Assembly: GCA_030605475.1 (NCBI GenBank)
Contig: JAUWIG010000043.1
Coordinates: forward strand, 20,405-84,404
DNA: 64,000 nt
From: Planctomycetota bacterium
GTDB taxonomy: Bacteria; Planctomycetota; Phycisphaerae; Sedimentisphaerales; Anaerobacaceae
Reading direction: 5' to 3'
Shown in pieces: positions 9,515-18,172 of the stretch (position 1 is its first letter; each line of letters begins with the position of its first letter). The notes under the pieces are model-generated. The model did no database searches, had not been told where the DNA came from, and saw nothing but the letters and a program-made list of their open reading frames with translations. A program made the translations under genes and the position numbers.

Positions 9515-10756
9515 TTAAGTTTTGGGTTTGGACGGTGGTAAGTCAAGAATTCTTTTGCAGCGGGGACATTTGACCTTATTGCCTTTGAAATTTGGTGGTA
9601 CTTTTAATTTTAAGCCGCACAAACAAGTTAAGAAAATAAAGCCATTGACCCTTCGCATAATGTCGCCGACCTGATGAAGTTGTTTTTCGAGACGTTGTTT
9701 CTTTTTGGCCTCGGCGGGAGCTTTGCGCAAAGCGATGTCCTCTTTAGTTAAAGCGGCAGAGGGGACGACTGTTTTAGTGTGCGTTATTTTACTGTAAGAA
9801 TCTGAGTAGTCTTTGAAAGACGCTCCGTGGGTCATATTACGCAGGATTTTTATCCTTTCCGAAATCGGCGGGTGGGTGCTGGACAAGTCGGATAGTTTCA
9901 TTCGCTTGCCTTTCTTTTTGAAGGGATTGACGATGTACATCGGGGCGGTGACTTTATTGGCGGTGGCTAATTGTGGGGATTTGTCGTTGGCGATTTTTTC
10001 CAAAGCGCCGGCGAGGCCTTCGGGATAGCGGGTTAATCTGGCGGCGCCGGCGTCGGCGAGGTATTCCCGCCTTCTTGAAAGGGCAAAGTATAACAAATAC
10101 GCCATTATTGGCGCGAGGATGGCAGCAGCTATCGCGATTATGAGCATAATAAGCTGGGCCTGGCCGCCTCCTCTGCCGCCGGCTGAATATCTTCGTCGGC
10201 TGCCGGTCATTGAACTATAGAACATACCTCGCAGAAAAACCTGCGACAGTAATACAATCGAGCCGAGCATTATACCGGCGAGCGTAACGAAAAGGATGTC
10301 GCGGTGCAGGATATGGCTCATCTCGTGGGCGATGACACCCTGCAGCTCATCGCGGTTGAGCCGGCCCAAAAGGCCTGCGGTTACGGCGACCGAGGCGGTT
10401 TGGGGTTTCCGGCCGGTAGCAAAGGCGTTGGGAGCAGGGTCGGCTATGATATAAACTTTGGGCATAGGCAGGGCGGCGGAAATGGCCATTTCTTCGACGA
10501 CATTGAATAACTGCGGGTGGACATCGTGAGTAACGGGCCTTGCTTTACTTGAAGCCAGGAGGATTTGGTCGCCGCCTGAGAAGCTGATAAGTGTTAGTAT
10601 TATCCAGATTCCAGTTGCAATAATCAGGCCGATGAAACCACCATCGGGGCCGAAGAAAACCAGCCCGATGATGAAACCCAAGAGCAGCAGCACCGCTGCC
10701 ATTAGGGACATCAGTACTATAGAGTTTCTCTTGTTGGCGCGTATCAACTCCCACAT
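9515..10756 (-). CDS. M48-family (HtpX-like) membrane zinc metalloprotease with C-terminal zinc ribbon
   Basis: HEMSHILHRD (HExxH) sits between transmembrane segments. The C-terminus reads CLCGLKLKV..VKCPRCKRIL. The gene lies downstream of lemA. Confidence 0.8.
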   Translation of the reverse strand: MWELIRANKRNSIVLMSLMAAVLLLLGFIIGLVFFGPDGGFIGLIIATGIWIILTLISFSGGDQILLASSKARPVTHDVHPQLFNVVEEMAISAALPMPKVYIIADPAPNAFATGRKPQTASVAVTAGLLGRLNRDELQGVIAHEMSHILHRDILFVTLAGIMLGSIVLLSQVFLRGMFYSSMTGSRRRYSAGGRGGGQAQLIMLIIAIAAAILAPIMAYLLYFALSRRREYLADAGAARLTRYPEGLAGALEKIANDKSPQLATANKVTAPMYIVNPFKKKGKRMKLSDLSSTHPPISERIKILRNMTHGASFKDYSDSYSKITHTKTVVPSAALTKEDIALRKAPAEAKKKQRLEKQLHQVGDIMRRVNGFIFLTCLCGLKLKVPPNFKGNKVKCPRCKRILDLPPSKPKT

Positions 10757-10768
10757 AGTTTTTAGTTC

Positions 10769-11155
10769 TTAGTTCTTAGTTTTTAGTTCATAGTTTTTGG
10801 TTTCAATCATTTTAGCTGAACTCGTCTTGACTATACTGGTGAGAATCTTTATCAGTTCCTCTGAGTCTACAACAAGCACTTCCACATGGTTTCCTGGGAG
10901 TAAAGCTGAGTCCCGGATTAATCTTAACCAATAGTTTGCCTCTCTTGTTTCCTTAGAAGCAATAGACATTTTGGCAACAAAGTCTTTTCTACTTTGTCCT
11001 GCCAATGCCTCTTCAACATTAGCTCCTACGCTTGTGGCCGACTTAATAAGCTGTGCGGGTATCTCGAAGTGTTTTTCCCGTCTTAATAACTGATGTAGTT
11101 TTATGATTTGTAAAGCAAAGTCGTAGCTTTTTTGCTTTATAATACTATCTTGCAT
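10769..11155 (-). CDS. four-helix-bundle protein (23S rRNA intervening-sequence protein family)
   Basis: Matches the TIGR02436-type family pattern: SYDFALQIIKLHQLL, SATSVGANVEEALAGQSRKDFVAKMSIASKETREANYWLRL. The gene is flanked by low-complexity AACTAWGAAC-type repeats. Confidence 0.85.
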   Translation of the reverse strand: MQDSIIKQKSYDFALQIIKLHQLLRREKHFEIPAQLIKSATSVGANVEEALAGQSRKDFVAKMSIASKETREANYWLRLIRDSALLPGNHVEVLVVDSEELIKILTSIVKTSSAKMIETKNYELKTKN

Positions 11156-11178
11156 AACTCAAAACTCAACACTCAAAA

Positions 11179-11733
11179 CTAAAAACTCACTTTTGGGACT
11201 TCGCGTTCGGTGGCACTTTCAAGCTCGAAGAAATCGCGCTTGGTAAAACTGAACATACCAGCAATGATGTTGGAAGGGAACATCTGAGTCTTGTTGTTAA
11301 AGAACAAAACCTGGTCGTTGTAGCTCTGGCGGGCAAAAGAAATCTTGTTTTCGGTGCTGGTAAGCTCCTCCTGGACGGAGAGGAAGTTCTGATTGGCTTT
11401 GAGGTCGGGGTAATTCTCAACGATTAGCATAAATTTGCTGAGCGCCTCGCCGAGAGCGCCTTCAGCTTTCGAGGCTTCAGTGACGGTCTTTGCTCCCATA
11501 GCCTGGCTCCGGGCCTTGGTTATTGCCTCGAAAGTTCCGCGCTCGTGCTTCATATAGCCCTTGGCGGTTTCGACGAGGTTGGGAATCAAATCGTGACGGC
11601 GCTTCAGCTGAACGTCAATCTGCGACCAGGAATTGTCAACCTGATTGCGAAGCCGAATCAAAGCGTTGTAAATGCCGATTACAAAAATAATGAGCAAAAC
11701 AACAACAGCGGCAATGATAATTAGTGCGAGCAT
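11179..11733 (-). CDS. lemA: LemA family protein
   Basis: N-terminal TM helix followed by YNALIRLRNQVDNSWSQIDVQLKRRHDLIPNLVE and NRFPSN-like FPSNIIAGMF blocks characteristic of LemA. Confidence 0.85.
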   Translation of the reverse strand: MLALIIIAAVVVLLIIFVIGIYNALIRLRNQVDNSWSQIDVQLKRRHDLIPNLVETAKGYMKHERGTFEAITKARSQAMGAKTVTEASKAEGALGEALSKFMLIVENYPDLKANQNFLSVQEELTSTENKISFARQSYNDQVLFFNNKTQMFPSNIIAGMFSFTKRDFFELESATEREVPKVSF

Positions 11734-11778
11734 AATCGGTCTCCTAAAAGATAAGTTATTGTGTGTCCATAAAATTTT

Positions 11779-12177
11779 TTAAGGGCTCTGCTCTGAGCCG
11801 AACATATCAGCTAATAATTTTTGAATTTTATTGTCTTTATCCAGTTGTGCCCTGTTTAAGATATCCTGCAATTCACCTTTGTCAAACCATAGGCCGTCGC
11901 CTCTTGTGCATTTGTCTATGAGCAGGATGGGCTTTGATTGGCCGATGATGATTTTCTGCATTTTTTTCAGGCATATAGGGCATTTTCTCCGGTTTTCGGT
12001 GGAATCCGAGTCGATTTTGAAGGAGTCGAGCAGTTGTTTAGATTTTTCGGGGTCACCGAGCAGCAGTTCCAGCTCCCCGGCGTCGAGCCAGATACCGCCG
12101 CAGTCGGTACAATGGTCGATTTCAACGTCCGTGAGTTCGAGGGTAATCATCGCGTTTTTGCAAACCGGACAATCCAT
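11779..12177 (-). CDS. tandem TFIIB-type zinc-ribbon (zf-TFIIB) domain protein
   Basis: Two copies of CPxC...C..C(GG)(I/L)W(L/F)D.GEL. The start is set at ATG 12177, preceded by GAGGAG. The ORF-track extension to 12243 has no support. Confidence 0.7.
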   Translation of the reverse strand: MDCPVCKNAMITLELTDVEIDHCTDCGGIWLDAGELELLLGDPEKSKQLLDSFKIDSDSTENRRKCPICLKKMQKIIIGQSKPILLIDKCTRGDGLWFDKGELQDILNRAQLDKDNKIQKLLADMFGSEQSP

Positions 12178-12264
12178 AAAAATTCTCCTCTGAAAGAGTT
12201 TATACGATTGGGGTATATTACATTCGCCGGGCGTTCGGGTCAAGAAAAGCCTTAATATTTGTTC

Positions 12265-12293
12265 TTGACGGCTGCGATTGATTATTGATAATT
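12265..12293 (+). promoter_or_regulatory. sigma70-like promoter candidate (TTGACG-17 nt-ATAATT)
   Basis: Hexamers at 12265-12270 and 12288-12293, about 25 nt upstream of the amidohydrolase gene. Confidence 0.4.
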
Positions 12294-12316
12294 GAGGCGA
12301 TTAAAGGTGCGACGGA

Positions 12317-13141
12317 ATGATAGTTGATTGCCATACACATATAGATTTTTCGGCTGACGATAGTGTGTCGTCGGAGCATCTGGAGGCGGCGGAAACAGTA
12401 GATGTCTGCATAGTACTGGCCGGTGCCGAAGATTCAAGCCAGCGAGTCAATAAGAAATTGGCCGACTATGTCAGCAAGCATAAAGAAAAAATGGTTGGCT
12501 TTGCGTTTGTAGACCCAACCAAAGACGAAACAAGCGTTAAAAAACTGGCATCCACCCCTGAGAAGCTGGGGCTGGGCGGCGTGGTTCTGTATTGTTCGAA
12601 CTGCGGTTTTCATCCAGCCCACAGCAGAGCGATGCGATTTTACGAATCGGCACAAGAGCTCGGCCTGCCTGTCTTCTTCCATAACGGAGGCCATGCCCTT
12701 AGGGCTAAGGCGATATTAGATTATGCCCAGCCATACCTTTTGGATGAAGTGGCCAGAACATTTCCAAATTTGAAAATCGTCATTGGCGCTATGGGTATGC
12801 CCTTTGCCGAGCAAACATTGTCAATGATAGCGAAACACGAAAACGTCTATGCGGACCTGACAATAAAGCCCAGCAGCGTATGGCAGGTCTACAATACGGT
12901 ATTGGCGGCATACGAACGCGGGGTGATGGATAAATTGCTGTTCGGCAGCGGATTCCCGTTCGGCAACGCAGGAGAGTGTATGGAAACACTGCTTGGCTTT
13001 AATAAGCTTCTGGGCGATACAAACCTGCCGGCGGTCCCACGAGGTAACATTCGAAGTATCATCGAACGCGATACGCTGGAAGTGCTCGGAATAAAACACG
13101 AGAGCATAAAAGCACAAGAGCATAGGAGCACAATGGTGTAA
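12317..13141 (+). CDS. amidohydrolase-family (TIM-barrel metal-dependent hydrolase) protein
   Basis: MIVDCHTHIDF N-terminal HxH metal motif, and later FHNGGH and GSGFPF blocks. Confidence 0.7.
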   Translation: MIVDCHTHIDFSADDSVSSEHLEAAETVDVCIVLAGAEDSSQRVNKKLADYVSKHKEKMVGFAFVDPTKDETSVKKLASTPEKLGLGGVVLYCSNCGFHPAHSRAMRFYESAQELGLPVFFHNGGHALRAKAILDYAQPYLLDEVARTFPNLKIVIGAMGMPFAEQTLSMIAKHENVYADLTIKPSSVWQVYNTVLAAYERGVMDKLLFGSGFPFGNAGECMETLLGFNKLLGDTNLPAVPRGNIRSIIERDTLEVLGIKHESIKAQEHRSTMV

Positions 13142-13161
13142 TCGCAGGGAGATAGGCAGGG

Positions 13162-15207
13162 ATGGCTGAGCTTCTGGAAGAGCGGAGGGAAAGCTGGGGG
13201 ACGCGGGGCGGATTTATTCTTGCGGCCGTAGGCTCGGCGGTGGGTCTGGGTAATTTGTGGGGGTTCCCATATAAGCTTTACAGCTTTGGCGGAGGAGCGT
13301 TTTTGATTCCGTATATAATCGCTTTGTTTCTGGTTGGTATCCCTCTGATGATACTTGAATTCAGCCTCGGCCATTATACGCAGCGAGCGGCACCTGATGC
13401 GTTCAAGCGAGGACACAAGCGTTTTGAGATGGTTGGCTGGTGGGGAATTATTCTCGCTTTCATCATCATTACTTATTACCCCGTCATTTTAGCGTATTGC
13501 ATCAGTTTTTTAGGGTACAGCATTGTTGGAATGTTCAACGGCGGGCAGCTGCCGTGGGCCGGTGTAGGAATTGAAGGGGTGGATAACGCAAAGAACTTCT
13601 TCTTCCAGACATATCTCGGCTATCAAAAAGGCACGGAGCTTGGTGGTATTCGATGGAATATAGTGCTGCCTCTGATAATAGCCTGGGTGTCGATGTACTT
13701 TTGTATTTTCAAAGGAGTCAAACTTGTAGGCAGGATTGTGTGGCTGACTGTTCCTCTGCCGTGGTTGATGCTGCTTATACTCGCTGTACGGGGTTTGACG
13801 CTTGAAGGTAGTATGCAGGGGTTGGTTTATTATCTCGACCCGGTGTGGTCGGAGCTTGCCAAACCTGTTACGTGGCGTTACGCGTTCGGGCAGGTGTTCT
13901 TTTCATTGAGTCTTGCGTTCGGCGTAATGATTACTTATGCCAGCTTCCTGCACAGAAAAAGCGACATAAACAACAATGCAGCGATAATATGTATTGCTGA
14001 CTTTGCGACAAGTTTTGTTGCGGGGCTGGCGGTGTTTGCGACCTTAGGGGCAATGGCTTTTGCAACACAGCAGGCAGGTAACCCCGTAGCGGTTGAAAAT
14101 GTGGCCGAATCCGGGCCATCGCTGGCGTTTGTAGCGTTTCCTTATGCGCTGGCGCAGCTGCCGTATTCAGCGTACTTTAGCTTTGTTTTCTTTTTTGCGC
14201 TCATTACGCTGGGAATCGACTCGGCGTTTTCTATTACCGAGTCGGTGCTGGCAAGTATAGTTGACAAAACGGGATGGCGAAGAAGTATTGTTCTGCCTGT
14301 GATGAGCCTGGTGGGGCTTGCCTTTGGGCTGATTTATGTGACAAGAGGGGGGCTGAACTGGCTGGGAACTATTGACGGGTTTGTAAACGGAACGAGGGGC
14401 ATAGCCTTTATGGGGCTGCTGGAATGTGTGGTTCTGGGATGGCTGTGGCGGATTGGGACATTGAGACGCCATGCAAATAGTCGAAGCGACTGGAAACTCG
14501 GTAAATGGTGGGATTATCTGATTAGATTAGTGATTCCAGTGGTGCTTGGTACGCTTTTCTTCTGGCAGCTTTTTGATGATATTAGCAGCGAGGGCTTTTT
14601 GATGACGCCGGAAGGCAAATGTAACTTGCCAAACTGCGTCGGATTAGCGGTCTTGGTGCTGGCTCCTGTCACCGCTGTTGTTTTCAGTTTAGTCAGAAGC
14701 CGGCTGGGTGTTGAAACATTACAGCGTGAGGAGCGGAATTTGGAAACCAGGGGAAGATTGGGTGGAGTGATGGTTTTTGTACTGGCGTTGATTCCCGCAG
14801 GATTGTTCATTATTACCCTTGCGGTTTCAATCCCGCGAGCGGCTGAGAATGCGGTTCTTTGGGCATTGCCGACTTGTGGTATTATTGTAATGCTGCTGAG
14901 TAACTACATTGTCGATAAATATAATACTTCCGTCAGTCAGGCGTCGTGGTTTGCCAGGTGGGCGGGAATACTGGCAGTGATGGATGTGAGCGCGTTTATC
15001 GCAACAATTCTGTTTCGTCTGACGCGCACGGTGAGAGTTGAAGAGGCAGCAGCGCCTATCCGCGATAAGTTGGGTGGAGTCTCGTATTTAATCCTTGCCG
15101 TGGTATTCCTGATTATGATAGGGGGTCTGGGCTGGTGTTTCTATAAGGCTCTGGTTGCAGCAGGCAGGTCTGTCGAACTGCAGTCTCCTGATGAGGTTGG
15201 CAATTAA
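13162..15207 (+). CDS. sodium-dependent transporter, neurotransmitter:sodium symporter (SNF) family, with extra C-terminal TM extension
   Basis: Canonical GFILAAVGSAVGLGNLWGFPY motif and many TM helices. 681 aa. Confidence 0.85.
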   Translation: MAELLEERRESWGTRGGFILAAVGSAVGLGNLWGFPYKLYSFGGGAFLIPYIIALFLVGIPLMILEFSLGHYTQRAAPDAFKRGHKRFEMVGWWGIILAFIIITYYPVILAYCISFLGYSIVGMFNGGQLPWAGVGIEGVDNAKNFFFQTYLGYQKGTELGGIRWNIVLPLIIAWVSMYFCIFKGVKLVGRIVWLTVPLPWLMLLILAVRGLTLEGSMQGLVYYLDPVWSELAKPVTWRYAFGQVFFSLSLAFGVMITYASFLHRKSDINNNAAIICIADFATSFVAGLAVFATLGAMAFATQQAGNPVAVENVAESGPSLAFVAFPYALAQLPYSAYFSFVFFFALITLGIDSAFSITESVLASIVDKTGWRRSIVLPVMSLVGLAFGLIYVTRGGLNWLGTIDGFVNGTRGIAFMGLLECVVLGWLWRIGTLRRHANSRSDWKLGKWWDYLIRLVIPVVLGTLFFWQLFDDISSEGFLMTPEGKCNLPNCVGLAVLVLAPVTAVVFSLVRSRLGVETLQREERNLETRGRLGGVMVFVLALIPAGLFIITLAVSIPRAAENAVLWALPTCGIIVMLLSNYIVDKYNTSVSQASWFARWAGILAVMDVSAFIATILFRLTRTVRVEEAAAPIRDKLGGVSYLILAVVFLIMIGGLGWCFYKALVAAGRSVELQSPDEVGN

Positions 15208-15283
15208 AAAGATAGGGACAAGGCACTGCCTCTTTTAGTGTGTAGCGCGATACGATGGTTGGCCGGTTCACCGTTGCCGCCCG

Positions 15284-15553
15284 CTATTTAGGTTTGAAGC
15301 CTTCTTTCATTTCGCCCGTATATTTTTCGCAGGCCTTTTCCAAATCCACGTTGCTTATATTAGCCAGTGTACAAAGCCAGGCAAGCACATCAGCAAATTC
15401 CTCCTCTTTGTTTTTTCCGCCATTGGAAGCCAGGGTGGTAGCAAGCTCGCCGACCTCTTCAATAAACCACATAAACGTAGCGGGAGTTCCTCTTTCCCGG
15501 TCGCGCTTCTCGTATTTTCTTGAAATTAGCTGTTGAAATTCGCTAATGTGCAT
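15284..15553 (-). CDS. MazG-like nucleotide pyrophosphohydrolase domain protein
   Basis: 89 aa with FMWFIEEVGELA and EEEFADVLAWL (EExxE/D-type MazG helices). Confidence 0.7.
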   Translation of the reverse strand: MHISEFQQLISRKYEKRDRERGTPATFMWFIEEVGELATTLASNGGKNKEEEFADVLAWLCTLANISNVDLEKACEKYTGEMKEGFKPK

Positions 15554-15744
15554 TTTTAGCGTATAGTATTTAGCAGATAGCGTTTAGTTTTTCTTTCGGC
15601 GCCGAGTTCGTGGAGTTTAGTTTTAATATTTACTTTGCGTCCCCTGCCCCGTAAGTTAGTCATTGGCTCTTACGAGACTCTGCGGTCAATCTATGTATTG
15701 CTATCCGCTAAACGCCGTCCCGGCGTACCAGGATTCACCATTCT

Positions 15745-16143
15745 CTATGCTCTCGTTAAATCTGAGAGCTTGGCTTTTTGGAAAACACTTCTGGCTTGGG
15801 CGATTGCTTTTTCGTAGGTTTTTTCGGCCCTGATAGCGAAACTTTGTCTGCGTGCCTGCCGAGCCAGGTCTAATTGACTGACCATAGGTCCGTCGACCGC
15901 TTCGATAATCTGGAGCATTGTGATTCTTCTTGTTGGTTTTGCCAGCGAGAAGCCGCCGCGAGGGCCTCTTTTGCTGCGCAGCACATTTGCTCTTACCAAC
16001 TGCTGCAGTATCTTGAGCAGGTATTCCAGAGGTATCTTGTATTCTTTAGATATGGTTTGGGATAAAATAATCCCTTCCTTTTGATGCTGGGCAATATAGC
16101 CGACCGCCAGCAGCGCATAACCTGTTGACCTGCTGATTCTCAT
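15745..16143 (-). CDS. Rrf2 family transcriptional regulator
   Basis: MRISRSTGYALLAVGYIA and wHTH block ISKEYKIPLEYLLKILQQLVRANVLRSKRGPRGGFSLA. Confidence 0.85.
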   Translation of the reverse strand: MRISRSTGYALLAVGYIAQHQKEGIILSQTISKEYKIPLEYLLKILQQLVRANVLRSKRGPRGGFSLAKPTRRITMLQIIEAVDGPMVSQLDLARQARRQSFAIRAEKTYEKAIAQARSVFQKAKLSDLTRA

Positions 16144-16451
16144 TTTAATCTCCTTCCAAATATTTCAATAACGGTAAAGATTCTCTTGTCCGCCGTACCC
16201 AAACACGCGACGGTGGAAAAGCAAATTCAATGTAATAGTCGTGAACGTTGTTCTCCAGCGCTGCACATGTGGTTATTTAGGATATGTCAAGGTCGAAAAC
16301 GCGCGACAGTTCCTTATATTTTCCATCTATTATCCACAATGTATTTCAGGTTGCAAGAGTTTTCCTGTCGTAAAATACACGAAATTGCAAAAAAATTGTA
16401 TTGCTTAGAAAAACGGCGAAACCTTATAATTATTCCCAAAATGCAAAAAGC

Positions 16452-16480
16452 TTGACATGCTAATAGTTCTAATATAAGCT
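16452..16480 (+). promoter_or_regulatory. promoter candidate (TTGACA plus AT-rich -10 region)
   Basis: TTGACA at 16452-16457. TATAAG/TAAGCT lies 15-17 nt downstream, so the -10 register is ambiguous. Confidence 0.3.
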
Positions 16481-16516
16481 TTCAGTGCAATTTTGTGCTT
16501 TTTTAGGGAGATTGTT

Positions 16517-16885
16517 ATGGTGCCGGTTAAGCCGAGAATAAGTGTTGAGTATGCTGAGAACGCGGTTATTATCACTTTTACTGACGAAAAAATCCTCGAG
16601 GAGAAGGACATTCAGGCACTTCAAGAGTCAGTTATGTCTGTCGTTGAGCAAGCAGAGCGGATAAATATAATTTTGGATTTTTGTAATGTCCGGTTTTTGT
16701 CCTCCGCCGTTTTAGGACTTTTAATAAGAGTCAGCAAAAAGATTTACGAGCAGGACGGCAAATTAAAGCTTTGCAATATAAATCCAAAAATCTATGAGAT
16801 TTTTAAAATAACGCGGCTGACCAAAATTTTCGATATCTACGAAGATGTTGAAAGTGCGGCCGAAAGTTTATCTGCAGAAGATTAG
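16517..16885 (+). CDS. STAS-domain anti-sigma-factor antagonist
   Basis: STAS pattern: ILDFCNVRFLSSAVLGLLIRV, LKLCNINPKIYEIFKITRL. The start is set at ATG 16517 after AGGGAG. Confidence 0.8.
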   Translation: MVPVKPRISVEYAENAVIITFTDEKILEEKDIQALQESVMSVVEQAERINIILDFCNVRFLSSAVLGLLIRVSKKIYEQDGKLKLCNINPKIYEIFKITRLTKIFDIYEDVESAAESLSAED

Positions 16886-16972
16886 GCAGCGATTTTTTTG
16901 CTTTGCTCACAAGGGCTTGGAGCCTGGCGCGATTAAGTTCACTGCAGGTGGCTTCCGGGAAGGTATAAGTTT

Positions 16973-17407
16973 ATGGTCTCAAAGGTTGTCGAAAGCACAC
17001 CGTCGGCTATTGAGGGGGTGTGCAGGCGGATTTTATCTGAGCTCGAAGCCAAAAATTTCAACCAGGACGGTATTTTTGCTGTTCATCTTGCCGTAGAAGA
17101 AGCTTTTCTAAATGCCCTCAGGCACGGCAATAAAATGGACCCCAACAAGGAGATTAAAATCGACTATCTGGTGAGCGGGGAGAAGATAGAGATTTTTATG
17201 ACCGATGAAGGTAACGGGTTTGACCCTGATGTAGTACCGGACCCGAGATGCGGCGAAAATCTTTATAAGCCCGAGGGCAGGGGATTACTGCTTATGCGCT
17301 CGTATATGGATGTGGTCGAATTCAACGAGCGGGGCAATAGTGTGCGTATGGTCAGATATAAAGAAAGGCCGCGTTTAAAAAAGAACCTGAACCAGACACA
17401 GGTATAA
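16973..17407 (+). CDS. anti-sigma factor serine kinase (RsbW/SpoIIAB-like, HATPase_c_2)
   Basis: AVEEAFLNALRHGN (N-box) and DEGNGFD (G1 box). It lies next to the STAS gene. Confidence 0.8.
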   Translation: MVSKVVESTPSAIEGVCRRILSELEAKNFNQDGIFAVHLAVEEAFLNALRHGNKMDPNKEIKIDYLVSGEKIEIFMTDEGNGFDPDVVPDPRCGENLYKPEGRGLLLMRSYMDVVEFNERGNSVRMVRYKERPRLKKNLNQTQV

Positions 17408-17476
17408 TCGATAATAGAGCTTTGATAACGACAGCAAAGGCGGGCTCCTTAACGGATAAGAAGAAATAATTAAAAG

Positions 17477-18115
17477 ATGTTTAGCAAAGTTTCCATTGTT
17501 TGCGGTTGTTTGTTTGTTTTGGGTGGTTGTGTGTACAATGACGAGCCGATGCCCAAGATTGATTACGCCCTAAGTGGTTCAACAGCCCGGGTTGTTCAGC
17601 CGAGGGCTTTGGAGCCGAGGCAAACGTGGGAGAATGTCCCGAAAAATTGGCTGCCCCTTTCGCAGGTGGAGAGAAAATGGACAGCTATAGTAATACATCA
17701 TTCAGGAACGGAAAATGGAAATGCAGCTATATTTGACAGGTGGCACAAGGAAGGGAACTATTGGGAAGGGGTTGGCTACGATTTTGTTATAGGTAACGGT
17801 AACGGCAGCGGTGATGGTCAGGTTGAGGTAACATTTCGCTGGAAAAAGCAAAAAACAGGTGCTCATTGCGGGGGCACGCGTGGAAATTGGGCAAATAAAT
17901 ATGCAGTAGGAATTTGTCTTGTGGGTAATTTCAATCAGACCACGCCTACTGCACGGCAGATGCAGTCTCTTGTGAAATTGATTCACTTCCTTCAGGACCG
18001 CTATGGGATTGTGAAAAGCCGGATTTACGGCCATAATACCACTCCGGGAGCGCGAAAAACTGACTGTCCCGGAAAAAAGTTTCCGATGGCCAGGCTAAAA
18101 TCGATGCTTAATTAG
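17477..18115 (+). CDS. N-acetylmuramoyl-L-alanine amidase (Amidase_2/PGRP fold) lipoprotein
   Basis: Lipobox-like LGGC. Also IVIHHSGT, GYDFVIGNG, HNTTPGARKTDCPG. Confidence 0.8.
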   Translation: MFSKVSIVCGCLFVLGGCVYNDEPMPKIDYALSGSTARVVQPRALEPRQTWENVPKNWLPLSQVERKWTAIVIHHSGTENGNAAIFDRWHKEGNYWEGVGYDFVIGNGNGSGDGQVEVTFRWKKQKTGAHCGGTRGNWANKYAVGICLVGNFNQTTPTARQMQSLVKLIHFLQDRYGIVKSRIYGHNTTPGARKTDCPGKKFPMARLKSMLN

Positions 18116-18172
18116 CATGTAGCGTATAGTTTTCTTTTTCTATCTGCCATAGGCTAATGAGTAGAGGGAAAA

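Noticed and set aside
12889-13416. 175-aa minus-strand ORF spanning the amidohydrolase/SNF transporter junction
   Set aside because: It crosses an intergenic gap between two well-supported plus-strand genes and has no motif support.
15712-15726. ACGCCG-TCC-CGGCGT hairpin just downstream of the Rrf2 gene as a terminator
   Set aside because: The stem is only 6 bp with a 3-nt loop and a very short T-run on the minus strand. A related acgccgggcgt word occurs inside the palindromic element at 23452-23465, so it may be another repeat module rather than a terminator.
16186-16455. 89-aa ORF between the Rrf2 gene and the STAS gene
   Set aside because: It starts with TTG without an RBS, is Cys/Arg-rich, and overlaps the likely promoter region of the STAS operon.
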